Shown here in pieces: positions 38,615 through 49,917 of a DNA stretch of 64,000 nucleotides. The stretch lies in contig JAIXPZ010000067.1 of assembly GCA_027486005.1 (NCBI GenBank), positions 2,119-66,118 of the forward strand. Direction: 5' to 3'. The notes below the pieces were generated by a model, which had not been told where the DNA came from, did not search any database, and worked only from the letters and a program-made list of their open reading frames with translations. How positions within the stretch are numbered: position 1 is the stretch's first letter; every line of letters begins with the position of its first letter. The stretch is from Legionellales bacterium (lineage in GTDB: Bacteria; Pseudomonadota; Gammaproteobacteria; JAGOUN01). The translations under genes and the position numbers were made by a program.

Positions 38615-39817
38615 TTGAAATCAACTCAATTTTTAAAGAAGACCATGGTATTATTAATTAATAACAAGTATCACGACCAACCTTCCTATTGTTTTGAGCT
38701 GCCTGAGAACGATATTATAGCCTATAATCCTGATGAGCTCGCGCCTGCATTCGCCGCAATCGCTGAAGCACAAAAACACGGTTATTATATTGTCGGCTAT
38801 CTAAGCTATGAGCTGGGGTATTTTCTTGAGCCTGCACTGACTTACCTCATCAAAGATACAACACTATTAACCACGCCTTTATTGCATTTTCGTTGTTATA
38901 AAAACATGAGGTCTTTTAGCTGGGCAGAAGGACTAGGGCCTAACCATCGTTTAGCCCGAACCACGATCCGGGGCTGGGGTGAAAAGTCTTTTTTTTCAAA
39001 CATAAAGCTCGCTATTTCTTTCGAGGAGTATCAACAGAAAATTCTTCGGTTACAAAAACATATTTATGATGGCGAAACTTATCAAACCAATTTAACCAGT
39101 TATTACGAAGGCACTTGGCAAGGAAATCCGTTGGATTTATTTCAGCAATTGTTACAACAACAACGTGTCGAATACGCCGCTTTTTTACCTGATTTCCTGG
39201 ATAAGTCGCTACTTTCAATTTCTCCCGAATTATTTTTCAAAAAAAAAGGTAATGCTATAAAATGCAAACCCATGAAAGGAACCGCAAAACGCCTGTCAGA
39301 AACAGAGGATGATCTGCGACAACAATTTTATTTGAAAACCGACCCTAAAATTCACGCAGAAAACACTATGATCGTGGATTTGTTACGCAATGACCTGGGG
39401 AGAATTTCCGATGCAGGATCAGTTAATGTGAGCCAACTGCTGACGTGCGAACACTATGAAAGCGTGCACCAGATGACCTCAACCATTAACGCCACCCTTC
39501 CCGCTAATAGTAGTTTTGAAACTATTATACAAGGGTTATTTCCATGCGGGTCGATTACTGGCGCACCTAAAATTCGCACAATGGAAATTATTTACGCGCT
39601 AGAAAACCGTCAACGTGGTGTTTATACGGGAGCGATTGGCTATATCACCCCTGATAATGATATGTGTTTTAATGTCGCCATACGCACCGCCGAGCTTTAT
39701 AAAAACAAAATGACACTAGGTGTTGGCGGCGGCATTTTATATGATTCCATTGCACGTGATGAATTTGAAGAAATGCAATTAAAAGCAAAGTTTTTATTGG
39801 GAATAGCAAGACAATGA
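38615..39817 (+). CDS. pabB: Aminodeoxychorismate synthase component I
   Basis: VGYLSYELG, GETYQTN, SISPELFF, PMKGT, AENTMIVDLLRNDL, FPCGSITGAPK, FNVAIRT; start may be ATG 38646. Confidence 0.92.
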   Translation: MKSTQFLKKTMVLLINNKYHDQPSYCFELPENDIIAYNPDELAPAFAAIAEAQKHGYYIVGYLSYELGYFLEPALTYLIKDTTLLTTPLLHFRCYKNMRSFSWAEGLGPNHRLARTTIRGWGEKSFFSNIKLAISFEEYQQKILRLQKHIYDGETYQTNLTSYYEGTWQGNPLDLFQQLLQQQRVEYAAFLPDFLDKSLLSISPELFFKKKGNAIKCKPMKGTAKRLSETEDDLRQQFYLKTDPKIHAENTMIVDLLRNDLGRISDAGSVNVSQLLTCEHYESVHQMTSTINATLPANSSFETIIQGLFPCGSITGAPKIRTMEIIYALENRQRGVYTGAIGYITPDNDMCFNVAIRTAELYKNKMTLGVGGGILYDSIARDEFEEMQLKAKFLLGIARQ

Positions 39818-40392
39818 TTTTACTCATCGATAATTATGACTCTTTCACCTTCAACCTAGTGCAATATCTACAAAAACTTAATCAAAATATTTTGGTAAAA
39901 CGCAACGATCAAATAACGGTAAAAGAGATTGGCGAGCTTAATCCATCACATATCATTTTGTCTCCAGGACCAGGACGCCCAGAAAATGCAGGAAAACTCA
40001 TTGAAATTATTCAATCGTTCTATCAAACATATCCTTTATTGGGCATATGTTTAGGGCATCAAGCGATTGCACATGCATTAGGAGGAAACGTGCAACACGC
40101 GTTAAATGTCGTTCACGGAAAAACCTCGCGCATTTATCACCATCAACAATCAATTTTTCACAGCATCCCTAGCCCATATTATGCAACACGCTACCACTCT
40201 TTGATTGTCGATCACCAAAGCCTACCGCCATGCCTCAATATTACCGCTTGGACGCAACAGCAGAATGATTTTGAAGAAATCATGGGAATTGCACACACGC
40301 ATCTGCCTGTTTACGGCGTGCAATTTCACCCTGAAGCGATTTTGAGTGAGCATGGCATAAAATTATTAGATACTTTTATTCACCTTTGTTAA
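39814..40392 (+). CDS. pabA: Glutamine amidotransferase of ADC/anthranilate synthase
   Basis: [34 protein letters not shown]. Confidence 0.93.
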   Translation: MILLIDNYDSFTFNLVQYLQKLNQNILVKRNDQITVKEIGELNPSHIILSPGPGRPENAGKLIEIIQSFYQTYPLLGICLGHQAIAHALGGNVQHALNVVHGKTSRIYHHQQSIFHSIPSPYYATRYHSLIVDHQSLPPCLNITAWTQQQNDFEEIMGIAHTHLPVYGVQFHPEAILSEHGIKLLDTFIHLC

Positions 40393-40912
40393 AACGCTCT
40401 ACTGCGTCTTCGATTTCACGATGCGCTGCTGCAGCATTTTCCCAGCCATCGACTTTCACCCATTTTCCAGCTTCTAAATCTTTGTAATGCGTAAAGAAAT
40501 GCTCAATCATTGCTAATAACTGCTGCCCTAGATCTTCTGGGCTTTGTACGCTGTCATAAAGTGCCGTTAGTTTCTTCACTGGAACCGCAAGCAACTTAGC
40601 ATCAGGGCCTGATTCATCAGTGGTGCGCAATAAACCAACAGTACGACACCGAATAATCGATCCAGGGATCAATGGATATGGACATACCACTAACACATCG
40701 ACCGGGTCACCATCACCTGACAAAGTTTCAGGGATATAACCATAGTCACAAGGATAAATCATGCTTGTGCCTAAAAATCTATCGACTTTCAGCTGACCAG
40801 TCTCTTTACATACTTCATATTTCACTGGATTACTGTTTCGAGGAATTTCAATAATCACGTTAAAATCATGAGGAATGTCTTTTCCTGCACTTACTTTACT
40901 AAATAAACTCAT
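40376..40912 (-). CDS. ppa: Inorganic pyrophosphatase (family I)
   Basis: [28 protein letters not shown]. Confidence 0.97.
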   Translation of the reverse strand: MSLFSKVSAGKDIPHDFNVIIEIPRNSNPVKYEVCKETGQLKVDRFLGTSMIYPCDYGYIPETLSGDGDPVDVLVVCPYPLIPGSIIRCRTVGLLRTTDESGPDAKLLAVPVKKLTALYDSVQSPEDLGQQLLAMIEHFFTHYKDLEAGKWVKVDGWENAAAAHREIEDAVERFNKGE

Positions 40913-40927
40913 TAATTTCTCCTTTTA

Positions 40928-41788
40928 TTAAATCCCAACATTTCTATCATACCTTCTTTTATGTGGCATACCATGAATGCATTTCGGGCAAGAAATCTCT
41001 GGAATATATTCCGGAGATTTCAAAGCATCGAGATTCACTGGAAAACCACAAACATGACATTGCGCTGCACCGGTAGGTTCTAATTTTTTATTGAGTGCAA
41101 TACGCTCATCAAATACAAAACAGTCCCCTTCCCAATGCTCACCACCACATTCTTCAAAATACTTTAAAATACCACCTTCAATTTGATAAACATGTTTAAA
41201 TCCGCGTTGCTCCATTAAAATTGAAGCCTTTTCACAACGCACGCCCCCCGTACAAAACATCACGATAGTTTTGTCTTTTAAAGAGGGATCAAGCTTATCA
41301 ACAACCTCGGGAAATTCTTGAAAATTATCAATTTTAGGATCAATCGCGTTTTTAAATGTGCCAAAATCGACTTCATAATCATTGCGAGTATCTAAAATAA
41401 CAACATCGCGACCTTCGTCTAACCATTGCTTAAATTCCTGAGGTTTTACATGCCGACCTGTTTCATGAACTCGATCAACTGATGACACACCCATGGTAAT
41501 AATTTCTGATTTAATGCGAACACGCATACGCTTAAAAGGAACTGTTTCTGAATAAGATTCTTTAAATACAATATCTTCAAAACAGGGATCTTTACGCAAA
41601 TACTTTCCAAAAATATCAATCTGCTCGCGCGTTCCAGCGACCATGATATTTATGCCTTCTTCGCTTAAAAGAATAGTGCCTAACAATCCAATATGGTTAC
41701 ACAGCATTAAAAAATGTTCTTTGTATCTTTCTAAATCCTTTAATGCAACAAACTTATATGTACTAATATTAACGATAGTTTGTGTCAT
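40928..41788 (-). CDS. trhO: tRNA uridine(34) hydroxylase-like rhodanese (UPF0176/YceA)
   Basis: YKF, GTILLSEEGIN, DTRNDYE, MFCTGGVRCEKAS, GGILKY, CFVFDER. Confidence 0.88.
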   Translation of the reverse strand: MTQTIVNISTYKFVALKDLERYKEHFLMLCNHIGLLGTILLSEEGINIMVAGTREQIDIFGKYLRKDPCFEDIVFKESYSETVPFKRMRVRIKSEIITMGVSSVDRVHETGRHVKPQEFKQWLDEGRDVVILDTRNDYEVDFGTFKNAIDPKIDNFQEFPEVVDKLDPSLKDKTIVMFCTGGVRCEKASILMEQRGFKHVYQIEGGILKYFEECGGEHWEGDCFVFDERIALNKKLEPTGAAQCHVCGFPVNLDALKSPEYIPEISCPKCIHGMPHKRRYDRNVGI

Positions 41789-42334
41789 TTATTTATCTCT
41801 GATTAATGATAAAAATTCTGAACGTGTCGCTGAATTTTTTCTGAACGCACCCAACATGACCGAAGTCGTCATTACAGAATTTTGCTTTTCTACTCCACGC
41901 ATCATCATACATAAATGCTTCGCTTCGATCACAACTCCGACACCTTTAGCTTGGGTGATTTCTTGTATTGTTTCTGCAATCTGTTGCGTCAAATTTTCTT
42001 GGATTTGTAAACGCCGTGCAAAATGATCGATAATGCGTGCTACTTTCGACAATCCTAACACACGCCCATTCGGCAAATATCCAACGTGACATCGCCCAAT
42101 AAAAGGCAATAAATGATGTTCACATAATGAATAAAGCTCAATATCACGCACAATCACTACTTCGCTGATATTCGATTCAAACAATGCATTATTCACAATG
42201 TCCGATAAATTTTCGTGGTAGCCCTGCGTCATATAAGTATAAGCACTCGCGGCGCGTTTAGGCGTATCTTTGAGACCTTCTCGTGAAGCGTCTTCGCCGA
42301 TATGTTCGATAAGTTGACGAAATATCTCTTCCAT
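41789..42334 (-). CDS. folE: GTP cyclohydrolase I
   Basis: [39 protein letters not shown]. Confidence 0.97.
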   Translation of the reverse strand: MEEIFRQLIEHIGEDASREGLKDTPKRAASAYTYMTQGYHENLSDIVNNALFESNISEVVIVRDIELYSLCEHHLLPFIGRCHVGYLPNGRVLGLSKVARIIDHFARRLQIQENLTQQIAETIQEITQAKGVGVVIEAKHLCMMMRGVEKQNSVMTTSVMLGAFRKNSATRSEFLSLIRDK

Positions 42335-42336
42335 TG

Positions 42337-42684
42337 TTAACACCCCGGTGGCCAGCTTAACTGTTTTCCACCAAGAAGATGTAAATGAATATGATAAACC
42401 GCTTGTCCACCATGTTGATTACAATTCATTACAACCCGATAGCCGTTTTCAGCTATATTAAGCGTCGATGCAAGTATACTAGCAACTGTAAAAAGATGCC
42501 CAACCAAAGATTCTTGCTGCGGAATAATGTTATTTATTGTCTCAATATGTAATTTAGGAATAATAAGCGTATGAATAGGTGCTTTGGCATGGAGATCATC
42601 AAAAGCAACAACCAACTCATCTTCGTAAAGAAGATGAGTAGCAGTTTCTTTTTTCGCAATCTTACAGAAAATACAGTCTGTCAT
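42337..42684 (-). CDS. hinT: HIT-family nucleotide hydrolase
   Basis: [19 protein letters not shown]. Confidence 0.93.
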   Translation of the reverse strand: MTDCIFCKIAKKETATHLLYEDELVVAFDDLHAKAPIHTLIIPKLHIETINNIIPQQESLVGHLFTVASILASTLNIAENGYRVVMNCNQHGGQAVYHIHLHLLGGKQLSWPPGC

Positions 42685-42708
42685 TGATACAGATTACCTC
42701 GAGATATT

Positions 42709-44790
42709 TTACAATCCGACCATTGTCAGCTTAATGCGTCCTTGTCGGTCGATTTCCAACACTTTCACCTGAACCATCTGACCTTCTTGCACGTAGTCTT
42801 CAACATTATTCACTCGCTCAGTAGAAATTTGTGAAATATGCACCAAACCATCTTTGCCTGGTTTTAAGTTAACAAACGCTCCAAACTCAACGATACGAAC
42901 TACTTTGCCGTTATAAACTGCATCCACTTCAATATCCATGGTGATTTGACGAATGCGTTCACATGCCGCTTCTCCATCGATTTGATTCATTGCTGCAACT
43001 TTCACCAGCCCAGTTTCAGAGATGTCGATAGTTGTATTCGTAGCTTCAGTGATAGATTTAATTATTTCGCCGCCTTTACCAATAACGTCCTTAATTTGAT
43101 CAGGACGAACTTGTACTGTCATAATCATCGGAGCATGTTGCGAAAGCTTGCCACGTGGGCCTTGGATGGCTGATTCCATTATACCAAGGATATGCATACG
43201 ACCTTGTTGCGCTTGCGACAAAGCTTTATCCATAATTTCAAAGGTAATACCATCAATCTTAATATCCATTTGTAAAGCAGTAACCCCTTGACGTGTTCCT
43301 GCCACTTTAAAATCCATATCGCCAAGATGATCTTCATCGCCCAAAATATCGGTAATAACCGCGTATTGATCACCTTCTTTGATTAATCCCATGGCAATAC
43401 CAGCTACGTGAGCTTTAGTCGGAACGCCAGCATCCATCATCGCTAAGCTTGTACCGCACACTGACGCCATAGAACTGGAGCCATTCGATTCCATAATTTC
43501 AGAAACAGCACGTATTGTGTATGGGAATTGCTCTAAAGACGTAGGAATAATCGCTTGAACGCCACGTTTTGCCAAACGACCATGACCAATTTCACGACGT
43601 TTAGGACCACTCATGAAACCTGTTTCGCCTACGCAATACGGAGGAAAATTATAATGCAACATGAAAGTCTCTCTGTACTCGCCTTGCGGTACATCCATTA
43701 ATTGCCCATCTCTGTCCGTTCCTAAGGTTACGACAACCAACGCTTGTGTTTCACCACGCGTAAATAAGGCTGAACCGTGAGTTCTGGGAAGAACACCAAG
43801 CTCAATAGTAATCGGACGCACGGTTAGAGTGTCCCGGCCATCAATACGAGGCTTACCTTGAATAATACGATGACGAACGATGTCACTTTCTAAATTCGAA
43901 AACACCGCTTCGACTGCTTTTGCGGTTGGCGCATTTTCTTCGCCAGTGGCCAATTCAGCAACTACTTTTTCTTTTAACTCCCCAACTCGGGCATAGCGAA
44001 CCATTTTTTCTTGAATCTGATAAGCAGCTTCTAATTCCACAGATACTGCGGAAGATACTTGTGCTTGCAAGGAATGATTTTTTTCAGAAGGCTTCCAACC
44101 CCATGAAGCTGTACCCACTTCATCAGCAAATGCAGCAATGGCATCAATTGCAACTTGCATATGATTATGGCCAAAACGCAGCGCTTCCAGCATACGTTCT
44201 TCGCTTAACTCTTTAGCTTCCGACTCAACCATCAAGACAGCACTTTTAGTACCTGCAACCACAAGATCAAGATCTGACTTAGCAACATCTGCATAGCTCG
44301 GATTTAAAACCAATTTGTCGTTTAAATAGCCCACTCGTACAGCGCCTACTGGACCAGCAAACGGAACACCTGCAATAGCTAAAGCAGCTGAAGCACCTAG
44401 CATTGCGACAATATCAGGCTGAACAGCAGGGTCAAAAGAAACCACTGTAGCCACAATTTGTATTTCATTGGTAAATTCTTTGGGAAATAATGGTCGTAAT
44501 GCACGATCAATCAAACGACTCGATAAAGTTTCTTGCTCGCTTGGACGCCCTTCACGTTTAAAATGCCCCCCGGGAATTTTTCCTGCCGCGTAAGTTCGTT
44601 CTTGATAATTAACGGTTAAAGGAAAAAAGTCTTGTCCTTCAGTCACGGTTTTTTTCGCTACCACAGAAACCGACACCACAGTATCGCCCATAGAGATCCA
44701 CACTGAAGCAGTCGCCTGTTTAGCAATACGGCCAGTTTCTAATACAACAGCATGATCGCCATACTGAAAGTGCTTCTTGATTATACTCAC
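42709..44790 (-). CDS. pnp: Polyribonucleotide nucleotidyltransferase
   Basis: [44 protein letters not shown] and S1 domains. Confidence 0.98.
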   Translation of the reverse strand: MSIIKKHFQYGDHAVVLETGRIAKQATASVWISMGDTVVSVSVVAKKTVTEGQDFFPLTVNYQERTYAAGKIPGGHFKREGRPSEQETLSSRLIDRALRPLFPKEFTNEIQIVATVVSFDPAVQPDIVAMLGASAALAIAGVPFAGPVGAVRVGYLNDKLVLNPSYADVAKSDLDLVVAGTKSAVLMVESEAKELSEERMLEALRFGHNHMQVAIDAIAAFADEVGTASWGWKPSEKNHSLQAQVSSAVSVELEAAYQIQEKMVRYARVGELKEKVVAELATGEENAPTAKAVEAVFSNLESDIVRHRIIQGKPRIDGRDTLTVRPITIELGVLPRTHGSALFTRGETQALVVVTLGTDRDGQLMDVPQGEYRETFMLHYNFPPYCVGETGFMSGPKRREIGHGRLAKRGVQAIIPTSLEQFPYTIRAVSEIMESNGSSSMASVCGTSLAMMDAGVPTKAHVAGIAMGLIKEGDQYAVITDILGDEDHLGDMDFKVAGTRQGVTALQMDIKIDGITFEIMDKALSQAQQGRMHILGIMESAIQGPRGKLSQHAPMIMTVQVRPDQIKDVIGKGGEIIKSITEATNTTIDISETGLVKVAAMNQIDGEAACERIRQITMDIEVDAVYNGKVVRIVEFGAFVNLKPGKDGLVHISQISTERVNNVEDYVQEGQMVQVKVLEIDRQGRIKLTMVGL

Positions 44791-44835
44791 TTGGATTCCT
44801 TTAAATAAGATGGGGTTAAAAGTCCCGAAGGCGAA

Positions 44836-44858
44836 GGCGACTCGTCGGTCGCCCCTAC
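44836..44858 (-). repeat. GTAG-REP type C between rpsO and pnp
   Basis: Minus strand GTAGGGGCGACCGACGAGTCGCC, 7 nt after the rpsO stop. Confidence 0.8.
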
Positions 44859-44865
44859 ATATAAC

Positions 44866-45141
44866 TTAATACTTGTCGCGTAAATTTAGCTTTTTGATAA
44901 GAGCGCGGTATCGTTCTAAATAGTTTTTATTGAGATATTTCAATAACTTATTACGACGACTGACTAAATTAAGAAGTCCACGACGAGAATGATAATCAAA
45001 TTTATTCACTTTCATGTGCTCGGTTAGCTCAAGAATGCGTTTAGTCGCTAAGGCAACTTGCACCTCAGGAGAGCCCGTATCTGTCGGGCCTGTTACTTGA
45101 TATTGACTAATTGTTTGTGCTTTTTCTGCTACACTGATCAC
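44866..45141 (-). CDS. rpsO: 30S ribosomal protein S15
   Basis: [20 protein letters not shown]; GTG 45141 with GGAG RBS preferred over TTG 45156. Confidence 0.96.
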   Translation of the reverse strand: MISVAEKAQTISQYQVTGPTDTGSPEVQVALATKRILELTEHMKVNKFDYHSRRGLLNLVSRRNKLLKYLNKNYLERYRALIKKLNLRDKY

Positions 45142-45214
45142 GTTTTTTGTCTCCAACAGGAATTAAAATCTAGTAACGAGTGAAGCACAGTGTGCAGAAC
45201 TCGTAAAACGAGCT

Positions 45215-45243
45215 ATTGTACTCATGTTCTCGGTCACGAACAA
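45215..45243 (-). promoter_or_regulatory. Putative rpsO-pnp promoter
   Basis: TTGTTC-17 bp-TACAAT on the minus strand. Confidence 0.55.
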
Positions 45244-45253
45244 GCAGATTTTT

Positions 45254-46174
45254 TTATAAAAACAAACCTGATAAAGCCATACTCACCAAGCGTTTATTTG
45301 TCACTTGACCGCTTTGATCAACGTCACCTACACCAAGAAACTTTCCTGCTTCGCTATAAAAACAGGTCGGGGTATTAGGTAGTGGTGAAGCTTTCAAAGT
45401 AATAAGAGCGCCGCGCAATAATTGGCGCCCCAAATCATCATTCAAAGTTTGTCTAGGCCATGCGGCAAGCGCCGCGTCTATAGGTAACAAATAGTGATCG
45501 CGATCAATAGATGATTCTAATTCTTCAAAGGATATCATGGGATAAGCATCAAAAAGCTCAACTAAAGTGCGCCGCAGAGCCGTGACATGTGCGCCACATC
45601 CTAACACTTCCCCAATATCATCAATCAAACTACGGATGTAAGTCCCTTTGCTGCAGTGGACACGAAGGGTTAAGGTTTTTTGAGACGACGACCAATCGGT
45701 CAATTCAAGTGTAAAAATCGTGATAGTTCGCGCAGGTCGATCAATGGTTTCGCCTTTTCTGGCATATTCATATAACGGCCGCCCCTGATGTTTAAGCGCT
45801 GAATGCATCGGAGGAACTTGTTGAATGACGCCAGTGAACTGTGGAAGTATTTGCATCACATCTAAATGGGTAGGGGCAAGCCTTGTACCTGCCCTACAGG
45901 AATCAATAACCTGACCTTCTGCATCCCCAGTATCAGTTCTAACACCTAACATTGCCGTCACTTCATAAGTTTTATTCGCATCTAAAAGATGTTGAGAAAA
46001 TTTTGTCGCTTCACCAAAACATATTGGTAACATGCCTGTCGCTAGCGGATCTAAACTTCCAGTATGCCCTGCTTTAGCAGCATTAAATATACGCTTAACA
46101 CGCTGTAACGCGTGATTGGAAGAGCCACCAAGAGGTTTGTCGAGCAAAAAAATACCGTGAAGTTCGCGCTTCAT
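45254..46174 (-). CDS. truB: tRNA pseudouridine(55) synthase with REP insertion
   Basis: LLDKP, KAGHTGSLDPLATG, QVPPMHSALK, CSKGTYIRSL. Confidence 0.97.
   Translation of the reverse strand: MKRELHGIFLLDKPLGGSSNHALQRVKRIFNAAKAGHTGSLDPLATGMLPICFGEATKFSQHLLDANKTYEVTAMLGVRTDTGDAEGQVIDSCRAGTRLAPTHLDVMQILPQFTGVIQQVPPMHSALKHQGRPLYEYARKGETIDRPARTITIFTLELTDWSSSQKTLTLRVHCSKGTYIRSLIDDIGEVLGCGAHVTALRRTLVELFDAYPMISFEELESSIDRDHYLLPIDAALAAWPRQTLNDDLGRQLLRGALITLKASPLPNTPTCFYSEAGKFLGVGDVDQSGQVTNKRLVSMALSGLFL
45870..45897 (+). repeat. GTAG-REP type A in frame in truB
   Basis: gtaggggcaagccttgtacctgccctac; read on the coding strand as CRAGTRLAPT. Confidence 0.88.
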
Positions 46175-46180
46175 ACACAA

Positions 46181-46561
46181 CTAATCTTCAACGGTATATT
46201 GTTTATCTTCAAGAACAGACTGTTCAATAAGATGCGTCATTTTTAACGCTCGATCTGTCATATCATCATAATAAAATGCCAGAGTAGGCACTTTACGTAG
46301 TTGACTGACTTTGGCTAAATGTGAACGAAAAAAACCAGAAGCATGCTTCAGCCCTTTCATCACATCTCGCAATAATTCAGGAGTGGACTCAAGCAATGTG
46401 AAATAAATTTTTGCATGACCTAAATCATCGCTGACTTTTATCGAAGTAATGGTGAGATTTTGCAAGCGCGGATCTGCAATTTCGCGCTTGATAAAACTGG
46501 CTAATTCTATTTGAAATAGCTCAGCGACTCGGTCGGCTCGTTTGAATTCTTTGATAGGCAT
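46181..46561 (-). CDS. rbfA: Ribosome-binding factor A
   Basis: RADRVAE, DPRL, VSDDLGHAKIY, LRKVPTLAFYYD. Confidence 0.95.
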   Translation of the reverse strand: MPIKEFKRADRVAELFQIELASFIKREIADPRLQNLTITSIKVSDDLGHAKIYFTLLESTPELLRDVMKGLKHASGFFRSHLAKVSQLRKVPTLAFYYDDMTDRALKMTHLIEQSVLEDKQYTVED

Positions 46562-46570
46562 AAAACTTAG

Positions 46571-46720
46571 TTACCGTTTATCTAGTGGTGGTGGTGCTGC
46601 TGCCGGCCACTTAAGACTTGAACTGGTTTTAGGAACTTTGCAAGCACCATCAAACGCAAAACCAGCACGCTCAGGGTATCTTGGGTCCCGTTCCGGCACA
46701 GGGTTAGGTTGCATAGCCAT
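46571..46720 (-). CDS. Unannotated 49-aa proline-rich peptide
   Basis: AGGAG RBS 7 nt before the ATG; MAMQPNPVPERDPRYPERAGFAFDGACKVPKTSSSLKWPAAAPPPLDKR*; fills the gap before rbfA. Confidence 0.7.
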   Translation of the reverse strand: MAMQPNPVPERDPRYPERAGFAFDGACKVPKTSSSLKWPAAAPPPLDKR

Positions 46721-46760
46721 TTTAAATCTCCTACTCTATACTTGGTCGTACAAATTCTAC

Positions 46761-47285
46761 TCAGCGAATATCACTTACATTAATCAACATTTTTTCAACA
46801 TTCTCCACTCGAAGCTCACCTGCCTCTGTCACCCAAGCAGGATAAACAAGCAAAAAATGCCCTTCTTTCGGATCAGAAGGCCAAAGACGCACAAAACCAG
46901 AAAGCCTTCTGCCATCAACAAACTGCAAAGTAATTTTTGTTTCTTTATGCTCGAACGCACCAGACCACTCTGTCGGAAACGAGACTTCTCTGGTCACTCG
47001 ACACTTTCTTAAACAAAAATGGATAATATCCGTATTAACACAAAACGAAAATCCAATCCCAATAATTATAGAAAGTATTAGCGATAAAATCCAGTCAGGT
47101 AGCTCAGACCTACTATGACAACTATACACCAACGCCTGTATAACAAGAGTAAAAATAAGGGCTTGAATAACTCGTTCAAATTGCGAAGGCTTGTGATACG
47201 AAGTTAAACCATAGAATATCCAAGCAGCAATAAATCCTGGTAGCAAATACTGCAATATGGCAATTGTTTGCGCTGATAAATCCAT
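46761..47285 (-). CDS. DUF6338-like membrane protein (possibly extending through an in-frame UGA to 46731)
   Basis: LQYLLPGFIAAWIFYGLT...PSQFERVIQALIFT, EWSGAF, DGRRLSG...WPSDP..GHF; family recognised from memory. Confidence 0.75.
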   Translation of the reverse strand: MDLSAQTIAILQYLLPGFIAAWIFYGLTSYHKPSQFERVIQALIFTLVIQALVYSCHSRSELPDWILSLILSIIIGIGFSFCVNTDIIHFCLRKCRVTREVSFPTEWSGAFEHKETKITLQFVDGRRLSGFVRLWPSDPKEGHFLLVYPAWVTEAGELRVENVEKMLINVSDIR

Positions 47286-47313
47286 GGCTCATCTCTTTAA
47301 AACATTTGCATCA

Positions 47314-49893
47314 CTAATTGTGCTTAGGTGTCACCAAAACTCTTTCGTAAACTTCAATTTGATCTTTAGGTTTAATATCGTTGTAATTCTTCACGCCGAT
47401 ACCACACTCCATGCCATGGCGCACTTCTGCAAGATCATCTTTAAAGCGGCGCAATGATTCTAATGCGCCTTCAAAAACAACTACATGGTTACGCAATACA
47501 CGGATTGGATTATTGCGCTTGACGATACCTTCAAGCACCATACATCCAGCAATTGCTCCAAGTTTTGATGATCGGAATACATCACGCACTTCAGCAAGAC
47601 CAACAATCTTGTCTTCGTATTTAGGTGCAGTTAATCCTGTCACGGCAGCCTTGACTGCATCAATCGCAGCATAAATTACGCTGTAATAATGTAAATCCAC
47701 TTTTTCTTGCTCGATTAACTCACGAGCGGTGTTATCAGCACGAACATTAAAGCCAATCACGATCGCTTCAGAAGCAAGCGCTAAATTAACATCTGACTCG
47801 GTAATTCCACCGACTGCGCCATAAACTACTTTGACTTTTACTTCCGCAGTAGATAGTTGCATTAGTGATTCGCTCAATGCTTCCAACGAACCTTGAACAT
47901 CGGTTTTCAATACGATATTCAGTGAACGCACAACACCCTCTGACAAGTTGGAAAACATATTTTCCAAGTTAACTTTTTGTTGACGACTAATCTGAATGCT
48001 GCGGTACTGGCCTTTTCTAAACTGTGCGACTTCACGCGCTTTGCGCTCATCTGCCACTACCAAGAAATCATCCCCTGCTAATGGGGTGCCAGAAAGACCC
48101 AGTATTTCAACAGGAATAGATGGGCCAGCATGCTGTATTTTTTTACCCAGCTCATCAATCATTGCGCGAACACGACCGTATTGTTGCCCTGCTAAAACAA
48201 TATCACCTTGATTTAAGGTGCCGTTTTGCACAAGTACAGTGGCGACAACGCCACGCCCTTTATCTAATTTTGCCTCAACAACAACGCCGGAAGCCGCACA
48301 ATTTCGTTCAGCCGTGAGTTCTAAAACTTCTGACTGCACAAGAATAGAGTCTAGCAAAGCATCAATACCTTGCCCAGTTTTTGCAGAAACATCGACGAAA
48401 ATGACATCTCCGCCCCACTCTTCGGGCTGGATATCATATTGAGTCAATGCTGTACGCATTTTTTCTGGTTCAGCATCAGGTTTATCGACTTTATTCACGG
48501 CAACAATAACGGGAACACCTGCCGCTTTAGTATGTTGAATTGCCTCAATCGTTTGTGGCATGACTCCATCATCAGCTGCCACCACAAGAATTACAATGTC
48601 TGTAGCCTTAACACCGCGCGCGCGCATTGCAGTAAATGCAGCATGCCCGGGAGTATCTAAAAACGTGATCATGCCCCTATCAGTTTCAACATGATAAGCG
48701 CCGATATGTTGGGTAATACCGCCCGCTTCACCTGCGGTCACCTTGGTACGACGAATATAATCAAGTAACGATGTTTTACCATGATCAACATGCCCCATGA
48801 TAGTTACTACGGGCGCACGAGTAATCGCTTCTGCGGATCCTTTTTTTACACTTTGCATCAATTCTTCTTCTAATGCATTGTCTTTAGTCAACCTGGCAAT
48901 ATGCCCAAACTCTCCTACAACCAATGCCGCTGTTTCTTGATCTAATAGCTGATTAATTGTTGCAACAACATCAAGTGTGAAAAGTTTTTTAATGACGTCT
49001 GTCGTTTTCACTGACATGCGCTGCGCCAAATCAAGCACACTAATAACTTCAGGAACATTAATTTCGCGCGATACTAATTTTGAAGAAGGCTTATTAAATC
49101 CATGTAAATTATCTGATGCATGATCGTACGAACTTATCGCCGTGCGTTGTTTGGGTTTCTTTCTCTTGCGGTCAGAAGCTGATCCAACATAAGGTTCGTT
49201 TTCATCATCATTGATATGCAAACTAATTTTATCTGGTTGCAAATGAAGATTTTTTGTGAGCTTAGGCGTAACGCCTTTTTTAACTTCGCGCTTCTTACTC
49301 GGTCGCTCTTCTGCAACCACGTCATCTTCTTCTGTTTTTTTGCGTTTCTTGTGCGCAGAGCTATCATCTCCAGCAGCTCGCGCTTCAACTAACAACGCAT
49401 CTTGTTTGGTTTTTTCTGCTACTGCTTTTTTAAGCGCCTCGTCTTCTGCTAATTTTTTCGCTCGCTCTTCTACCTTACGTTTTTCTTCTTGTTCTTGAAC
49501 AATTTCGTTTTCAGTTGAAACAGTATTGACTTCTAAAGGAGGTTGGTCAACCAACACTTCTTCTGTGGACGAGAGTAACTGACGTTTAGCTTCTGCCAAT
49601 TCTTCTGGACTACGGGTACGAATTTTTCTTGTCTTACGCACGACAACCTTAACACCCGAGACTTCTTCCGTCTGCTTACGCTCAAACACAAGATCAGAAG
49701 CACCTATTTTGTCACGACTTTGACCATGACGACTTTGCAAATGCTGTAATAATTTTCGCTTTTCTGTTTCAGAAATAACTTGATCCGCAGTCGCTAGCTC
49801 TAAGCCTGCCGCAGATAATTGCGACAACATTCGCTCAAGTGGAACTCCGACTTGGTTCGCAAAATCTCTTACTGTTATATCTGCCATATTCAC
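47314..49893 (-). CDS. infB: Translation initiation factor IF-2
   Basis: [43 protein letters not shown]...ECGI. Confidence 0.98.
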   Translation of the reverse strand: MNMADITVRDFANQVGVPLERMLSQLSAAGLELATADQVISETEKRKLLQHLQSRHGQSRDKIGASDLVFERKQTEEVSGVKVVVRKTRKIRTRSPEELAEAKRQLLSSTEEVLVDQPPLEVNTVSTENEIVQEQEEKRKVEERAKKLAEDEALKKAVAEKTKQDALLVEARAAGDDSSAHKKRKKTEEDDVVAEERPSKKREVKKGVTPKLTKNLHLQPDKISLHINDDENEPYVGSASDRKRKKPKQRTAISSYDHASDNLHGFNKPSSKLVSREINVPEVISVLDLAQRMSVKTTDVIKKLFTLDVVATINQLLDQETAALVVGEFGHIARLTKDNALEEELMQSVKKGSAEAITRAPVVTIMGHVDHGKTSLLDYIRRTKVTAGEAGGITQHIGAYHVETDRGMITFLDTPGHAAFTAMRARGVKATDIVILVVAADDGVMPQTIEAIQHTKAAGVPVIVAVNKVDKPDAEPEKMRTALTQYDIQPEEWGGDVIFVDVSAKTGQGIDALLDSILVQSEVLELTAERNCAASGVVVEAKLDKGRGVVATVLVQNGTLNQGDIVLAGQQYGRVRAMIDELGKKIQHAGPSIPVEILGLSGTPLAGDDFLVVADERKAREVAQFRKGQYRSIQISRQQKVNLENMFSNLSEGVVRSLNIVLKTDVQGSLEALSESLMQLSTAEVKVKVVYGAVGGITESDVNLALASEAIVIGFNVRADNTARELIEQEKVDLHYYSVIYAAIDAVKAAVTGLTAPKYEDKIVGLAEVRDVFRSSKLGAIAGCMVLEGIVKRNNPIRVLRNHVVVFEGALESLRRFKDDLAEVRHGMECGIGVKNYNDIKPKDQIEVYERVLVTPKHN

Positions 49894-49917
49894 ATCCCTC
49901 GACTTTCGAGTGCATTA

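Noticed and set aside
46761-46763. Genome-wide UGA recoding (code 4/25)
   Set aside because: Conserved genes such as era, rnc and rimP terminate at TGA at their expected lengths.
46542-47012. 156-aa plus-strand ORF
   Set aside because: Antisense to the DUF6338-like gene and the peptide ORF, which have an RBS and operon orientation.
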